Shown: in pieces, positions 9,198 through 18,423 of the stretch
Numbering within the stretch: the stretch's first letter is position 1
How the letters are laid out: the number at the start of each line of letters is the position of its first letter
Source of the DNA: Candidatus Coatesbacteria bacterium
GTDB lineage: Bacteria; JAFGND01
DNA length: 38,674 nucleotides
NCBI GenBank assembly: GCA_016927185.1
Contig: JAFGND010000006.1
Coordinates: 62,001-100,674 of the forward strand
Reading direction: 5' to 3'
Translations under genes and position numbers: made by a program
Notes under the pieces: generated by a model
Told to the model about the DNA's origin: nothing
What the model saw: only the letters and a program-made list of their open reading frames with translations
Database searches by the model: none

Positions 9198-10553
9198 ATG
9201 AAAAACAAGAAATTATCAAGAAGAGATTTCCTTCAGGCTTCAGCTTTGGGAATTTCTGCCCTGGCAGGATCTTCAATACTGTTTTCAAAACGGCTTGAAG
9301 CTTTCAGCAAAATTTCACTAGCAAAGGGCAAATTACCTGCAGGAAATACAATGCCGGGAAAGATAAGAATTTGCACAGATCCAAACATTTCCTCTGATTA
9401 TAATGGAGATATAAACAAGGAACTTGTCCAGAACGCTTTTGATCAATGCATGAGAGCTCTCATTCCAGGGAGAACACCTGAACAAGTTCTGGAATACCTG
9501 ATGCCAAATCTGAAAACCAATACAAAAATCGTTTTCAAGATAAATCTTTTCTCACAATGTGATACAAGATGGGAGGTAGCAAGAGCATTAGTATACAGGC
9601 TTTCAAGATGCCTTAACAATACTTATGACGTAAGTAATATAATAATTTGTGATAATCATATTCCTTTCGAACATGGATATTATGAGTCTGAATTCACATT
9701 TAATGGCAGAACTCCAACTCTTGCTGGAAATAATGGTGGAGAATCGAATGTCTTCCCATTACCAGATTATACAGATACTTTCTCACTTGGACAGTTTTTT
9801 GTAGATGCAGAATATATTTTCAATCTACCTGTAATAAAGGATCACAGTCAATACGCAATTACCGGAAGCCTGAAAAATCATTTTGGATCATGTAATCCCC
9901 CGGGAATATGCGGCTCAAACAACCCATATACCAATATCTTATATCTGAATGCAGACAGTCATATCAAACCCAAGACTGTTCTCATAGTTGCTGACATGAT
10001 AAGAGGTGTCTGGGATGGAGGACCTGGAGCTGCCCCTCAGAGATGGAATACATTTGAAAATCATACTCCAAACAGCATCATGGTTTCAACTGATCCAGTC
10101 ACTAGTGACTACTGGTACAGATATTATATAAACAGGGAGAGAACAGAAAGAGGTTATAGCGAACAACAGGATCAATACATTGAAGAAGCGAGTCAATCAC
10201 CATGGGAGCTTGGTATAAGTGATCCTGGCCAGATGGATATGGAAGGAGTTGATCCAAACGGTTTTGAAGAAAAAAGATCTGCAAAGATAATCCCTGAGAA
10301 AATCCAGATGCTTTCAAATCAACCAAATCCATTCACACATCAAACTGAAGTAAGATTTATACTCAAGGAAGCAGGTGACGTAGAAATAAATATCTTCGAT
10401 ATAAGAGGAAGACTAATTTTGAAATCAAAAAAGAAATTTAATACAGGATATAACGGTTTTTTGTGGAAACCCAAAGGAATCCATCCTGGAATATATACCG
10501 TTGAGCTAAAGCATAAATATTTTTCATTAGTAAGATTAATTACTAAATTGTAA
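9198..10553 (+). CDS. Tat-exported DUF362 domain protein with T9SS-like C-terminal domain
   Basis: AAAGGGAG RBS before the ATG at 9198. Twin-arginine motif SRRDFLQ. DUF362 motifs NLPVIKDH...ITGSLKNHFG and DPVTSD. CTD-like end NQPNPF...IFDIRGR...GIYTV. Confidence 0.85.
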   Translation: MKNKKLSRRDFLQASALGISALAGSSILFSKRLEAFSKISLAKGKLPAGNTMPGKIRICTDPNISSDYNGDINKELVQNAFDQCMRALIPGRTPEQVLEYLMPNLKTNTKIVFKINLFSQCDTRWEVARALVYRLSRCLNNTYDVSNIIICDNHIPFEHGYYESEFTFNGRTPTLAGNNGGESNVFPLPDYTDTFSLGQFFVDAEYIFNLPVIKDHSQYAITGSLKNHFGSCNPPGICGSNNPYTNILYLNADSHIKPKTVLIVADMIRGVWDGGPGAAPQRWNTFENHTPNSIMVSTDPVTSDYWYRYYINRERTERGYSEQQDQYIEEASQSPWELGISDPGQMDMEGVDPNGFEEKRSAKIIPEKIQMLSNQPNPFTHQTEVRFILKEAGDVEINIFDIRGRLILKSKKKFNTGYNGFLWKPKGIHPGIYTVELKHKYFSLVRLITKL

Positions 10554-10578
10554 TTATTAGAAATAAAGTGAATACAAT

Positions 10579-12699
10579 CTATACTTCTTTGGCAAGCTGC
10601 TGATCCAGCATCTTGAATATTTTGTAACCAATAGCAAAGATTATTATTGAACTGGCTATTGCAATGATTACAGTAACTGATGAGTCTATCTCATAACCAA
10701 GAAGACAATATCTATAAAGAGATGCAAAACAAGCCAAAGGATTCAGCATGTAAATACTCCTGAATTTTTCTGGAACCATTGTCTCTGGATAAAAAATGGG
10801 AGTAAGATAAAATAGCAAGGTTAATCCAATCTCAGTAAGATGACTGACATCTCTGTAGAAAACATTTAATGCTGATATCGCCAAAGAAATACCAGATATT
10901 ATTAGTATATGAAATAGCAATACTATTGGTAAGAATAATATCGAATAAGTTAAATTAACACCTGCAAACCTGTTTATCAGTAGCAGTATAACTATTCCAA
11001 CTAAAAGATTTGTGATATTGGAAAGAATATATGATATAGGCAATATTTCTTTGGGAAAATATACTTTTTTTATGAGATTTGGATTATCTACCAATGAAGA
11101 AGCATTCATAGATATTGATCCCTGGAAAAAAATCCATGGCAGTAAACCGGACAAGAGGAATAAAGGATAGTTTTCAACCTTTATCCTGACTACAATACTG
11201 AAAATTACAAAGAATATAAGCGAATAACTGATTGGATGGAGAATTACCCATAAAAATCCCAGTATTGACCCCTTGTATCTTATCCTCAAATGCTTTAATA
11301 TCATATTAAAAAGCATTTCTCTATAATTGACTACTGAAACTAGTGAATAATAGATTTCTCTAAGATTATTTATCAATGAAACTGGTTCTCTTTCGGGTTT
11401 GTATGAGGAAAGAGCTAATCCTGAGATTGCAACAAGAGTAACTAGAATTGTAGGCCAGAAGAGGAAGGGAGTAAAAAAACTATGAATCAAGGCGGCTATA
11501 ATACTGACTAGTGCAGCTCTTGCCATTAACGAGCCCTTTTTGTAGGATCTGTAAAGATGATACATCACTAGCAAAATCAACCATGTAAAAAGAAGTAATC
11601 CTGCTACTCCCAAATCAGCGAGTAATTCACTGATCTGATTATCTGAGCTCCTTATGGTATTATCAAATATGGTTCCCGAAGGAGCGAATTCTGAAAAGCG
11701 GAAATAGAATTGACCAAAACCAATTCCGTATAATGGATTTGGGGAAAATGCATTGAAAACAGCAATATATCTGTATTTTCTTATTTCTATTGGTGATTCA
11801 CTGCTTCTGAACATCAGATCAGCTCTGTTATAAACCGATTTCCTGACAGGCTGGAATGAAATCAGTATCAATGTAATGAATGCTAATAAAGTCAGGATTA
11901 AAAGTATTGTTTTTCTTCCTCTCTTGAAGAGGTAAATCACTGTTGTAACGATGCAAACTATCCACCCTATTCTTGAAAGAGTGAATACTAGTGCTACTGT
12001 GAAAGAAATCAGTGCAATCATTCCAAGTATTTTCTTTGCTCCCTTCTCCTCCAGTACGAAATGCAAGGCAAAAGGCATAATAATGACTATCATTAGTGAC
12101 AGGAAAGCAGGATGTCCTATTGTTGAGGTTATCTTCCCTTTTAATGCCCCTGTAATATTTCCCTGCAATAGCGGGGCTTTCGAGAAGAAGAAAGGATTGT
12201 ATTTCTCATAAACTTCCCTGTATATTATATTACTTCCTTTTATGGCTTCAAGAATTCCGATTATCGATACTATTATCATCAATGAAATCAAAATAATATA
12301 AAGTTTGCTGGCATATGAATCTATCTTTCCAAGATTCCTGAATAAAATGAAAGTCCCTCCTCCTAGAATTGCCAGATAATAACATTGCTGTAAAACAAGA
12401 TTATAGTCTTTTGCCCAGAAAGAACTTGATAAACACCACGAAATAATAAGAAATGCTGGCAGAGTTACAAAACTTCTTTTTAGTGAAATCCTTTTCGCAA
12501 TTACTAAAAGCAGCAAACTTATCACGACAATTATAGATGAAAGATAGTTGTGAATACCAAAAATTCTTATATGCGTTACAGGAAGCACTACTCTGGGTAA
12601 AAGGTTTTCAGGATAAAGAAATATCCAGGCAAGCAAGATAGCTGACGCAATAAAAGCTAAATTGTGAAAAACCCTTTTCAAGTTATAATTCATAGACAT
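10579..12699 (-). CDS. Fusion of O-antigen ligase-like (Wzy_C/WaaL) domain and Wzm-type ABC-2 polysaccharide export permease
   Basis: The N-terminal ~440 aa carry STIGHP, SRIGW, GIGFG and DNQ..LLADLG. The C-terminal ~265 aa carry RYKGSILGFLW, LIKKVYFP, YRDV and FYLTPIFYP...LNPL. Confidence 0.88.
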   Translation of the reverse strand: MSMNYNLKRVFHNLAFIASAILLAWIFLYPENLLPRVVLPVTHIRIFGIHNYLSSIIVVISLLLLVIAKRISLKRSFVTLPAFLIISWCLSSSFWAKDYNLVLQQCYYLAILGGGTFILFRNLGKIDSYASKLYIILISLMIIVSIIGILEAIKGSNIIYREVYEKYNPFFFSKAPLLQGNITGALKGKITSTIGHPAFLSLMIVIIMPFALHFVLEEKGAKKILGMIALISFTVALVFTLSRIGWIVCIVTTVIYLFKRGRKTILLILTLLAFITLILISFQPVRKSVYNRADLMFRSSESPIEIRKYRYIAVFNAFSPNPLYGIGFGQFYFRFSEFAPSGTIFDNTIRSSDNQISELLADLGVAGLLLFTWLILLVMYHLYRSYKKGSLMARAALVSIIAALIHSFFTPFLFWPTILVTLVAISGLALSSYKPEREPVSLINNLREIYYSLVSVVNYREMLFNMILKHLRIRYKGSILGFLWVILHPISYSLIFFVIFSIVVRIKVENYPLFLLSGLLPWIFFQGSISMNASSLVDNPNLIKKVYFPKEILPISYILSNITNLLVGIVILLLINRFAGVNLTYSILFLPIVLLFHILIISGISLAISALNVFYRDVSHLTEIGLTLLFYLTPIFYPETMVPEKFRSIYMLNPLACFASLYRYCLLGYEIDSSVTVIIAIASSIIIFAIGYKIFKMLDQQLAKEV

Positions 12700-12761
12700 A
12701 TAATATACCGTTGCTTTTCCATAACATTATTGAAATCCGACATTTATTCATCTTTACTTCA

Positions 12762-13733
12762 CTATCTGGTTTTTCTTGATAAAAGACTTAGCTTGATTGG
12801 CAAAACGTTTTCTTTCTCGAATTCATCGATATTCTTTCTGAAGTATTGGCTATGGATATAGATTGCTATCTTGCTGCCAACACCTTTATAAAATTCATAT
12901 CCATGCCCCCCAAGAAAGATATTATAATCACATTTGATTCCCATCTCACGTAATTCATTTACCAGTTTATCGTTCTCCCTTAGATAACTGTCTCCCCTGC
13001 TTTCTACAAGATTTATTCTCATAGTCTTCTTGAAATAATCCTTGTTTTTGACAAGATCATCTTTGAAGAACCTCTTGAAATCTGGTATGTCCGCCTGAAC
13101 TCCCCCAACTGAAGAAAAAAGATCCGGATAATGAAAACCATAATAAAATACCATTCCTCCTCCTAGACATACTCCATTTATAGATCTGAATTCCTTTGAG
13201 GATAGTATTCTATATTTTTTTTCAACGAATTCGATAAGTTCCTCCAGCAAATATCTATTGTATTTCTCAGGTAATCCTGCATATGTGTAAGGACAAATCA
13301 TTATTAAGTCTTCAAGTTTCTCTTTTTTCAGCAATTCAGAATATTTATTCAAATCTTCCTGTTTCATCATTCTTCTAACACTTGATGCAGTCAAAGAATC
13401 CTTTTGCATCCATATTAATGCTTCTTCCAGATTGCAGTCTTTTATCCAGTATAAGCTGCTGGGATGAGGACCTGCCAATGACTCTGACAATCCTCCCAAT
13501 AATATTATGCAAGGATAATACTTATATACATTTCCATAATAAGATGGAGGAAGCACGATATAAACTGGCTGAAGGGAGTTCATGTATTTGCTTTTTATTT
13601 CATTATATTCAACGTAGTACATTAGTGATTTGTTGTCTTCAAAAATTTTGTTAGTATATCTCTTTTCACCCTTTTGAAAAGGCTTAACTGCAAAAACAGT
13701 TAAAAAGATGATTGTGAATAATTTAATTAACAT
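12762..13733 (-). CDS. Secreted alpha/beta hydrolase, putative esterase (Fes/antigen 85-like family) with GVCLGG elbow
   Basis: YIVLPPSY...YPCIILLGG, YLLEELIEFVEKKYR, INGVCLGG, GGHGY. Confidence 0.8.
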   Translation of the reverse strand: MLIKLFTIIFLTVFAVKPFQKGEKRYTNKIFEDNKSLMYYVEYNEIKSKYMNSLQPVYIVLPPSYYGNVYKYYPCIILLGGLSESLAGPHPSSLYWIKDCNLEEALIWMQKDSLTASSVRRMMKQEDLNKYSELLKKEKLEDLIMICPYTYAGLPEKYNRYLLEELIEFVEKKYRILSSKEFRSINGVCLGGGMVFYYGFHYPDLFSSVGGVQADIPDFKRFFKDDLVKNKDYFKKTMRINLVESRGDSYLRENDKLVNELREMGIKCDYNIFLGGHGYEFYKGVGSKIAIYIHSQYFRKNIDEFEKENVLPIKLSLLSRKTR

Positions 13734-13747
13734 CTGCGTAATTCTGC

Positions 13748-14581
13748 TCAGAAGTCAATCTCTTTGATTTTCTTGCCTTTCTCGAAAAATATTTGTCTGG
13801 ATTTTTTCCCTTTTGTATTATAATAAATCCATCCACCCTCTTTTTTGCTCTTCATGAAAGATCCTTCTATAACCTTTATACCTTTATGATTAAAATAAAT
13901 CCATTTACCTTCCTTGTTTCCCTGTATATAACTGCCATGCTGAGCTAGCTGCCCACCTTTGTGATACATCTTGAATTCTCCATCCCTGACACTATACATT
14001 CCCTTTTCTTTATCAGAAATTATTTTGTAACTGCATTGCCATAATTTTGCTTCGGAAGGATAATAAACAGACCATACACCTGTTCTCAAATCATTATCAT
14101 AGTCACCTTCAACTTGTACATGACCATTTTCATGATAGTATTTCCAGTGACCGCATTTGAAACCATTATTATAACTTCCCTGAAACCTGATCTGACCAGT
14201 TTCGAAGTAATCAGTATATACTCCTGTCAATAAACCGTCTCTGTATTCACCTTCCCATGCAACCTTCTCATTGTCAAAGAACCCCTTCCATTCACCATCC
14301 CTCTTTCCCCCTATACATCTTCCTGATGCAATTCTTTTTTGGGGAAGATCGGTTTCTTTTGCAGATACTATATCTTCAAAACCATAAATTGTCCATATTC
14401 CTTCTGCCTCTCCACCCTCCTCTGAACCTCTAGCTATATATACAATCTGTCTTCCAATATATGCCTTGAGAATGAACTCACCATTTTCGAAACCAGATTT
14501 TATTGAAGTAATCTCCGGATCCTCAAAGATGTCAGGTGGTGTATTGCTTATCAATAATATAATCATTAAGTAAACAAGCAT
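13748..14581 (-). CDS. MORN-variant repeat (YwqK-like) protein
   Basis: Repeats of G.W..Y.ENG....EG.Y..G; hydrophobic N-terminus. Confidence 0.85.
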   Translation of the reverse strand: MLVYLMIILLISNTPPDIFEDPEITSIKSGFENGEFILKAYIGRQIVYIARGSEEGGEAEGIWTIYGFEDIVSAKETDLPQKRIASGRCIGGKRDGEWKGFFDNEKVAWEGEYRDGLLTGVYTDYFETGQIRFQGSYNNGFKCGHWKYYHENGHVQVEGDYDNDLRTGVWSVYYPSEAKLWQCSYKIISDKEKGMYSVRDGEFKMYHKGGQLAQHGSYIQGNKEGKWIYFNHKGIKVIEGSFMKSKKEGGWIYYNTKGKKSRQIFFEKGKKIKEIDF

Positions 14582-14705
14582 GAGGGTATATTTCTTATAT
14601 ATTGATTATATGTCAATAATTGAAATTTCTAAAAAAGAATTGCCGAAGCAAATTCCTTGTAAACTTGACAAAAAAGACGAATTTCTAGTCTCTGGATAGA
14701 CAATT

Positions 14706-16019
14706 ATGTTTGATTCATTATCTGAAAGACTTAATGATATTTTCAAGCGACTCAGAGGTCAAGGTAAACTTACTGAAGCTAATATTAAGGATGCCTTGCG
14801 TGAAGTCCGTCTTGCATTGCTTGAAGCTGATGTAAATTTCAAAGTTGCAAAGGATTTCATAAATGAAGTCCAGGAAAAAGCGATAGGAGAAGAGGTTTTA
14901 AAAAGCCTTTCACCAGGACAACAAGTAATAAAAATTGTCTTTGATGAGCTTGTAAAAATCCTTGGACAACACACTTCATTACTGGAAATAAAGAATAAAC
15001 CTGAAATAATAATGCTTTGCGGTTTGCAGGGTTCTGGCAAAACCACTCTGGCAGCAAAACTGGCTCATTTTTTCAGAAGAAGGAAACCTCTTATTGCTGC
15101 ATGTGATGTATACAGACCTGCTGCAATAGAGCAATTGAAAGTGCTGGGAAAACAAATCCAGATAGACGTATATTCAATCGATAATTGCAAGGATCCAATC
15201 CTGATTTCAAAGGAAGCTTTGCAGGCTGCGGAAGAAGAAGATTATGGAGTATTGATTATAGATACTGCCGGAAGACTTCATATAGATGAAGAAATGATGA
15301 ATGAGCTTGAGAATCTCAAGGCAATAATAAAACCAACTGAGATACTTTTCGTGATTGACAGCATGATTGGTCAAGATGCAGTAAATGTAGCGAGCGAATT
15401 CAATAACAGACTTGAATTCAGTGGAATTGTACTCACCAAGCTTGATGGAGACGCAAGAGGTGGTGCAGCTCTGTCAGTCTCAAGAATAACAGGTAAACCA
15501 ATAAAATTCGTATCTATAGGCGAGAAACCAAAGGATCTGGAGATCTTTCATCCCGACAGAATGGCACAGAGAATACTAGGTATGGGAGATATTCTCACTC
15601 TAGTAGAGAAAGCTCAGGAAACAATAGATAAGGAAGAGGCAGAAAAACTGAGGCTCAAGTTTCTCAAGAATCAATTCACATTAGACGATTTTCTCTCACA
15701 AATACAGAAAATGAAGAAAATGGGACCGCTAGAGAATTTATTAGGAATGATACCTGGCTTCAACAAGAATGTGCTTGATCAAATTGACTTCAATCCGGAC
15801 CAGATAAAATATGTTGAAGCTATAATTTACAGTATGACAAAACTTGAAAGGGAAAGCCCTCATATAATAAATGGATCCAGACGAAAAAGAATTGCTGCAG
15901 GAAGTGGGACAAATGTTTCTGAAATAAACAGGTTATTGAAGGAATTCGCCCAGATGCAGAAAATGATGAGGCAGCTTACATCCGGGAAACTTGGAAAAAT
16001 GAAGAAGATGTTCTTTTAA
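14706..16019 (+). CDS. ffh: Signal recognition particle protein
   Basis: ALLEADV, GLQGSGKTT, DVYRPAA, DTAGR, TKLDGDARGGAALS and a Met-rich M domain. Confidence 0.99.
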   Translation: MFDSLSERLNDIFKRLRGQGKLTEANIKDALREVRLALLEADVNFKVAKDFINEVQEKAIGEEVLKSLSPGQQVIKIVFDELVKILGQHTSLLEIKNKPEIIMLCGLQGSGKTTLAAKLAHFFRRRKPLIAACDVYRPAAIEQLKVLGKQIQIDVYSIDNCKDPILISKEALQAAEEEDYGVLIIDTAGRLHIDEEMMNELENLKAIIKPTEILFVIDSMIGQDAVNVASEFNNRLEFSGIVLTKLDGDARGGAALSVSRITGKPIKFVSIGEKPKDLEIFHPDRMAQRILGMGDILTLVEKAQETIDKEEAEKLRLKFLKNQFTLDDFLSQIQKMKKMGPLENLLGMIPGFNKNVLDQIDFNPDQIKYVEAIIYSMTKLERESPHIINGSRRKRIAAGSGTNVSEINRLLKEFAQMQKMMRQLTSGKLGKMKKMFF

Positions 16020-16032
16020 AATAAGGAGAAAT

Positions 16033-16314
16033 ATGGCATTATCAATCAGATTAAGAAGACAGGGAAAAAGAGTACAACCTTTTTACAGAGTTGTTGTAGC
16101 GGATCAGAGAAATAAAAGTGATGGTCGCTTTATTGAGATTCTGGGATATTACAATCCCATTTCGAAGGGAAAGTACGAAGTCAAATTCGAAGATGAGCGA
16201 TGCATATACTGGTTAAGTCAAGGAGCCAATCCAACAGAAACAGTACATTCTCTCATGAAGAATAGCGGTTTATGGAAAAAATGGATTGAAACAAAGCAAA
16301 AACCGAATCAGTGA
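16033..16314 (+). CDS. rpsP: 30S ribosomal protein S16
   Basis: IRLRRQG...PFYRVVVAD...DGRFIEILGYYNP...WLSQGANPTETV; AAGGAG RBS. Confidence 0.99.
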   Translation: MALSIRLRRQGKRVQPFYRVVVADQRNKSDGRFIEILGYYNPISKGKYEVKFEDERCIYWLSQGANPTETVHSLMKNSGLWKKWIETKQKPNQ

Positions 16315-16321
16315 AAATTAG

Positions 16322-16822
16322 TTGGAATTCATACAGATAGGAAAACTGGGACGCACTTTCGGTCTGGAAGGTGCATTAAGGTTATGTCCCGAGACTGATT
16401 TTCCAGAGAGGTTTAATTCACTGAAACAAGTTTACCTTAACAAAAATCACCCTCCATATTTAATCAGGGAATTGAAACAAAATGGGGATAAATTCTTGAT
16501 TTCATTTGAAAATTATGATTCCCCTGAAAAATCCCAGGAATTAGTAAATTCACCTGTCCTTGTACCTCTGGAAGAAAGAATTCCACTTCCCGAAGGGGAG
16601 CATTATTTATTCGAATATGAAGGAATGAAGGTTTCTGATATGAATGGTAAATCATACGGTTTCATAAAAGAAGCGATTGAAATGACAACGTGTACAACTT
16701 TCATAATTTTCAATGAATCAAGGGAATTCTGGCTTCCGTATATTGATGTAGCTGTTATCAAGGAGGATTTTGAAACAAACAACATGTTTATCAATCCACT
16801 ATATCTTGTTGAGCAAGAATAA
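16322..16822 (+). CDS. rimM: 16S rRNA processing protein RimM
   Basis: IGKLGRTFGLEG, TDFPERF, LPEGEHY; located after rpsP; TTG start. Confidence 0.93.
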   Translation: MEFIQIGKLGRTFGLEGALRLCPETDFPERFNSLKQVYLNKNHPPYLIRELKQNGDKFLISFENYDSPEKSQELVNSPVLVPLEERIPLPEGEHYLFEYEGMKVSDMNGKSYGFIKEAIEMTTCTTFIIFNESREFWLPYIDVAVIKEDFETNNMFINPLYLVEQE

Positions 16823-16848
16823 TATGCTTACCTGAATAGATTCCGTTT

Positions 16849-18249
16849 ATGAAGATTTTACTTTTTACTCCAATAAAACCAAGGAGGGCAATATTCAGTC
16901 TTTTTGCCCCTCTTGGATTAGGTTACCTGGCAACCTCATTGAGAAGAAAAGGTCATGAAGTCAAGATAGTTGATTGTTGTAAGGAGTTTACGACAATTGA
17001 TAAACTTAAGCTGCTGATAAAAGATGAAAAACCAGATATAACAGGAATTCAATTATTCACTCCTGATATTCTAACTGGAAAGCAAATGGTATCAGCTATC
17101 AAGGAAGTAAATCCTGTGATAATTACAGGAGTAGGAGGACCTCATGTATCAGGAAGGGAGCTGGATATTTTCAAGGATATCCCTGAAGCAGATTATGCTT
17201 TCGCAGGTGAAGCTGAAATTGGATTCTCGAATTATACTGATTTTCTAGTCAACAAGGGTCTTATAGACAAATGCCATGGATTATTACTGAAAGACTACAA
17301 CGGAAAACCTTTAATGATAGACAAGGTTTTTCATGAAAATCTTGATGAACTTGGTTTTCCTTCATGGGATTTGATGGATCCAAGAACATATCCTGTTGCA
17401 CCACCCAATGTTTATTTCAAAGCTTCTCCATTTGCACCAATAATAACTACTAGAGGCTGTCCTTATGGTTGTAATTTCTGCCAGAGTTATTTGATTGCAG
17501 GGAGAAAAATAAGGAAGCGTAGCATTGAACATATAAAAGAGGAAATAGATCTCTTGATGAACAAATATTGTGTGAAAGAGATTTTTATAGTGGATGACAA
17601 TTTTACTTATCTGAAGGAGCATGTTATCAATTTCTGCGAAATGCTTCTTTCGAATAATATCAAAATTCACTGGTCTCCATGGAATGGTATCAGACTGGAT
17701 ACTCTTGATGAAGAAATACTCAGGTTAATGATTAAATCAGGTTGTTATATGATCAAGGTAGGCATAGAAAGCGGTTCCCCCAGAATACTAAAGGCAATGA
17801 ACAAGCATCTGACACTGGAAGTTGTGAGAGAAAAACTTGAACTGGTTCGAAAAGCAGGCATGGAGGTTTTCGGCTTTTTTATTCTTGGTTATCCAGGTGA
17901 AACAACAGAAGATTTAAGGAAAACTTATGATTTCGCTCTTTCTCTTCCATTGACAGGAGCTAATTTTGCTAACTACCAGCCTTTACCTGGAACACCTGTT
18001 TATAAGGAATTGATCCTGAATAACAAGATTGATCCATTCGACTGGGATCCTGCGAAAGGGACTTTTGCAGATATCAATTTTGTTCCAGATGGCATGACAA
18101 AAGAAGAACTCAAGGCATGGCAGAGAAAGATGCTGATAAGTTTCTATTTCAGACCTAAAACATTTGGAAGAATTATTTATCGTGTTATTCAGAGCAGGAA
18201 TTACAAACACCTGTTTTATAAGACCTGGGCATATATTTTCAGAAAATAA
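16849..18249 (+). CDS. Cobalamin-binding (class B-type) radical SAM protein
   Basis: PLGLGYLA, GGPHVS, GEAE, TRGCPYGCNFC, DDNF, GIESGS, ILGYPGET, PLPGT. Confidence 0.93.
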   Translation: MKILLFTPIKPRRAIFSLFAPLGLGYLATSLRRKGHEVKIVDCCKEFTTIDKLKLLIKDEKPDITGIQLFTPDILTGKQMVSAIKEVNPVIITGVGGPHVSGRELDIFKDIPEADYAFAGEAEIGFSNYTDFLVNKGLIDKCHGLLLKDYNGKPLMIDKVFHENLDELGFPSWDLMDPRTYPVAPPNVYFKASPFAPIITTRGCPYGCNFCQSYLIAGRKIRKRSIEHIKEEIDLLMNKYCVKEIFIVDDNFTYLKEHVINFCEMLLSNNIKIHWSPWNGIRLDTLDEEILRLMIKSGCYMIKVGIESGSPRILKAMNKHLTLEVVREKLELVRKAGMEVFGFFILGYPGETTEDLRKTYDFALSLPLTGANFANYQPLPGTPVYKELILNNKIDPFDWDPAKGTFADINFVPDGMTKEELKAWQRKMLISFYFRPKTFGRIIYRVIQSRNYKHLFYKTWAYIFRK

Positions 18250-18324
18250 GTTATAATAACATCTCATTAAATCAATATTACCTTTTAAATCTTTATAAAT
18301 CAACATAACATTGTTAGATTCTCC

Positions 18325-18352
18325 TTGACAAAAAACTATATGTTTTTATGCT
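18325..18352 (+). promoter_or_regulatory. Putative sigma70 promoter for 18424..19395
   Basis: TTGACA-N16-TATGCT, with an AAGGAGG RBS downstream. Confidence 0.55.
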
Positions 18353-18423
18353 TGTTTACATTAGAATTGATTAGGGGAAATATATAAAGAAAGTTTTATG
18401 AGTAACATTAAGGAGGTTATGAA

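Noticed and set aside
13748-14581. YwqK-like proteins (also 35077..35682) as toxin-antitoxin modules
   Set aside because: No adjacent toxin gene. These are MORN-variant repeat proteins with export-like N-termini.
18306-18316. TAACA-T-TGTTA palindrome upstream of the outer-membrane barrel promoter
   Set aside because: Short, AT-rich, seen once, and not matched to a regulator I can name.
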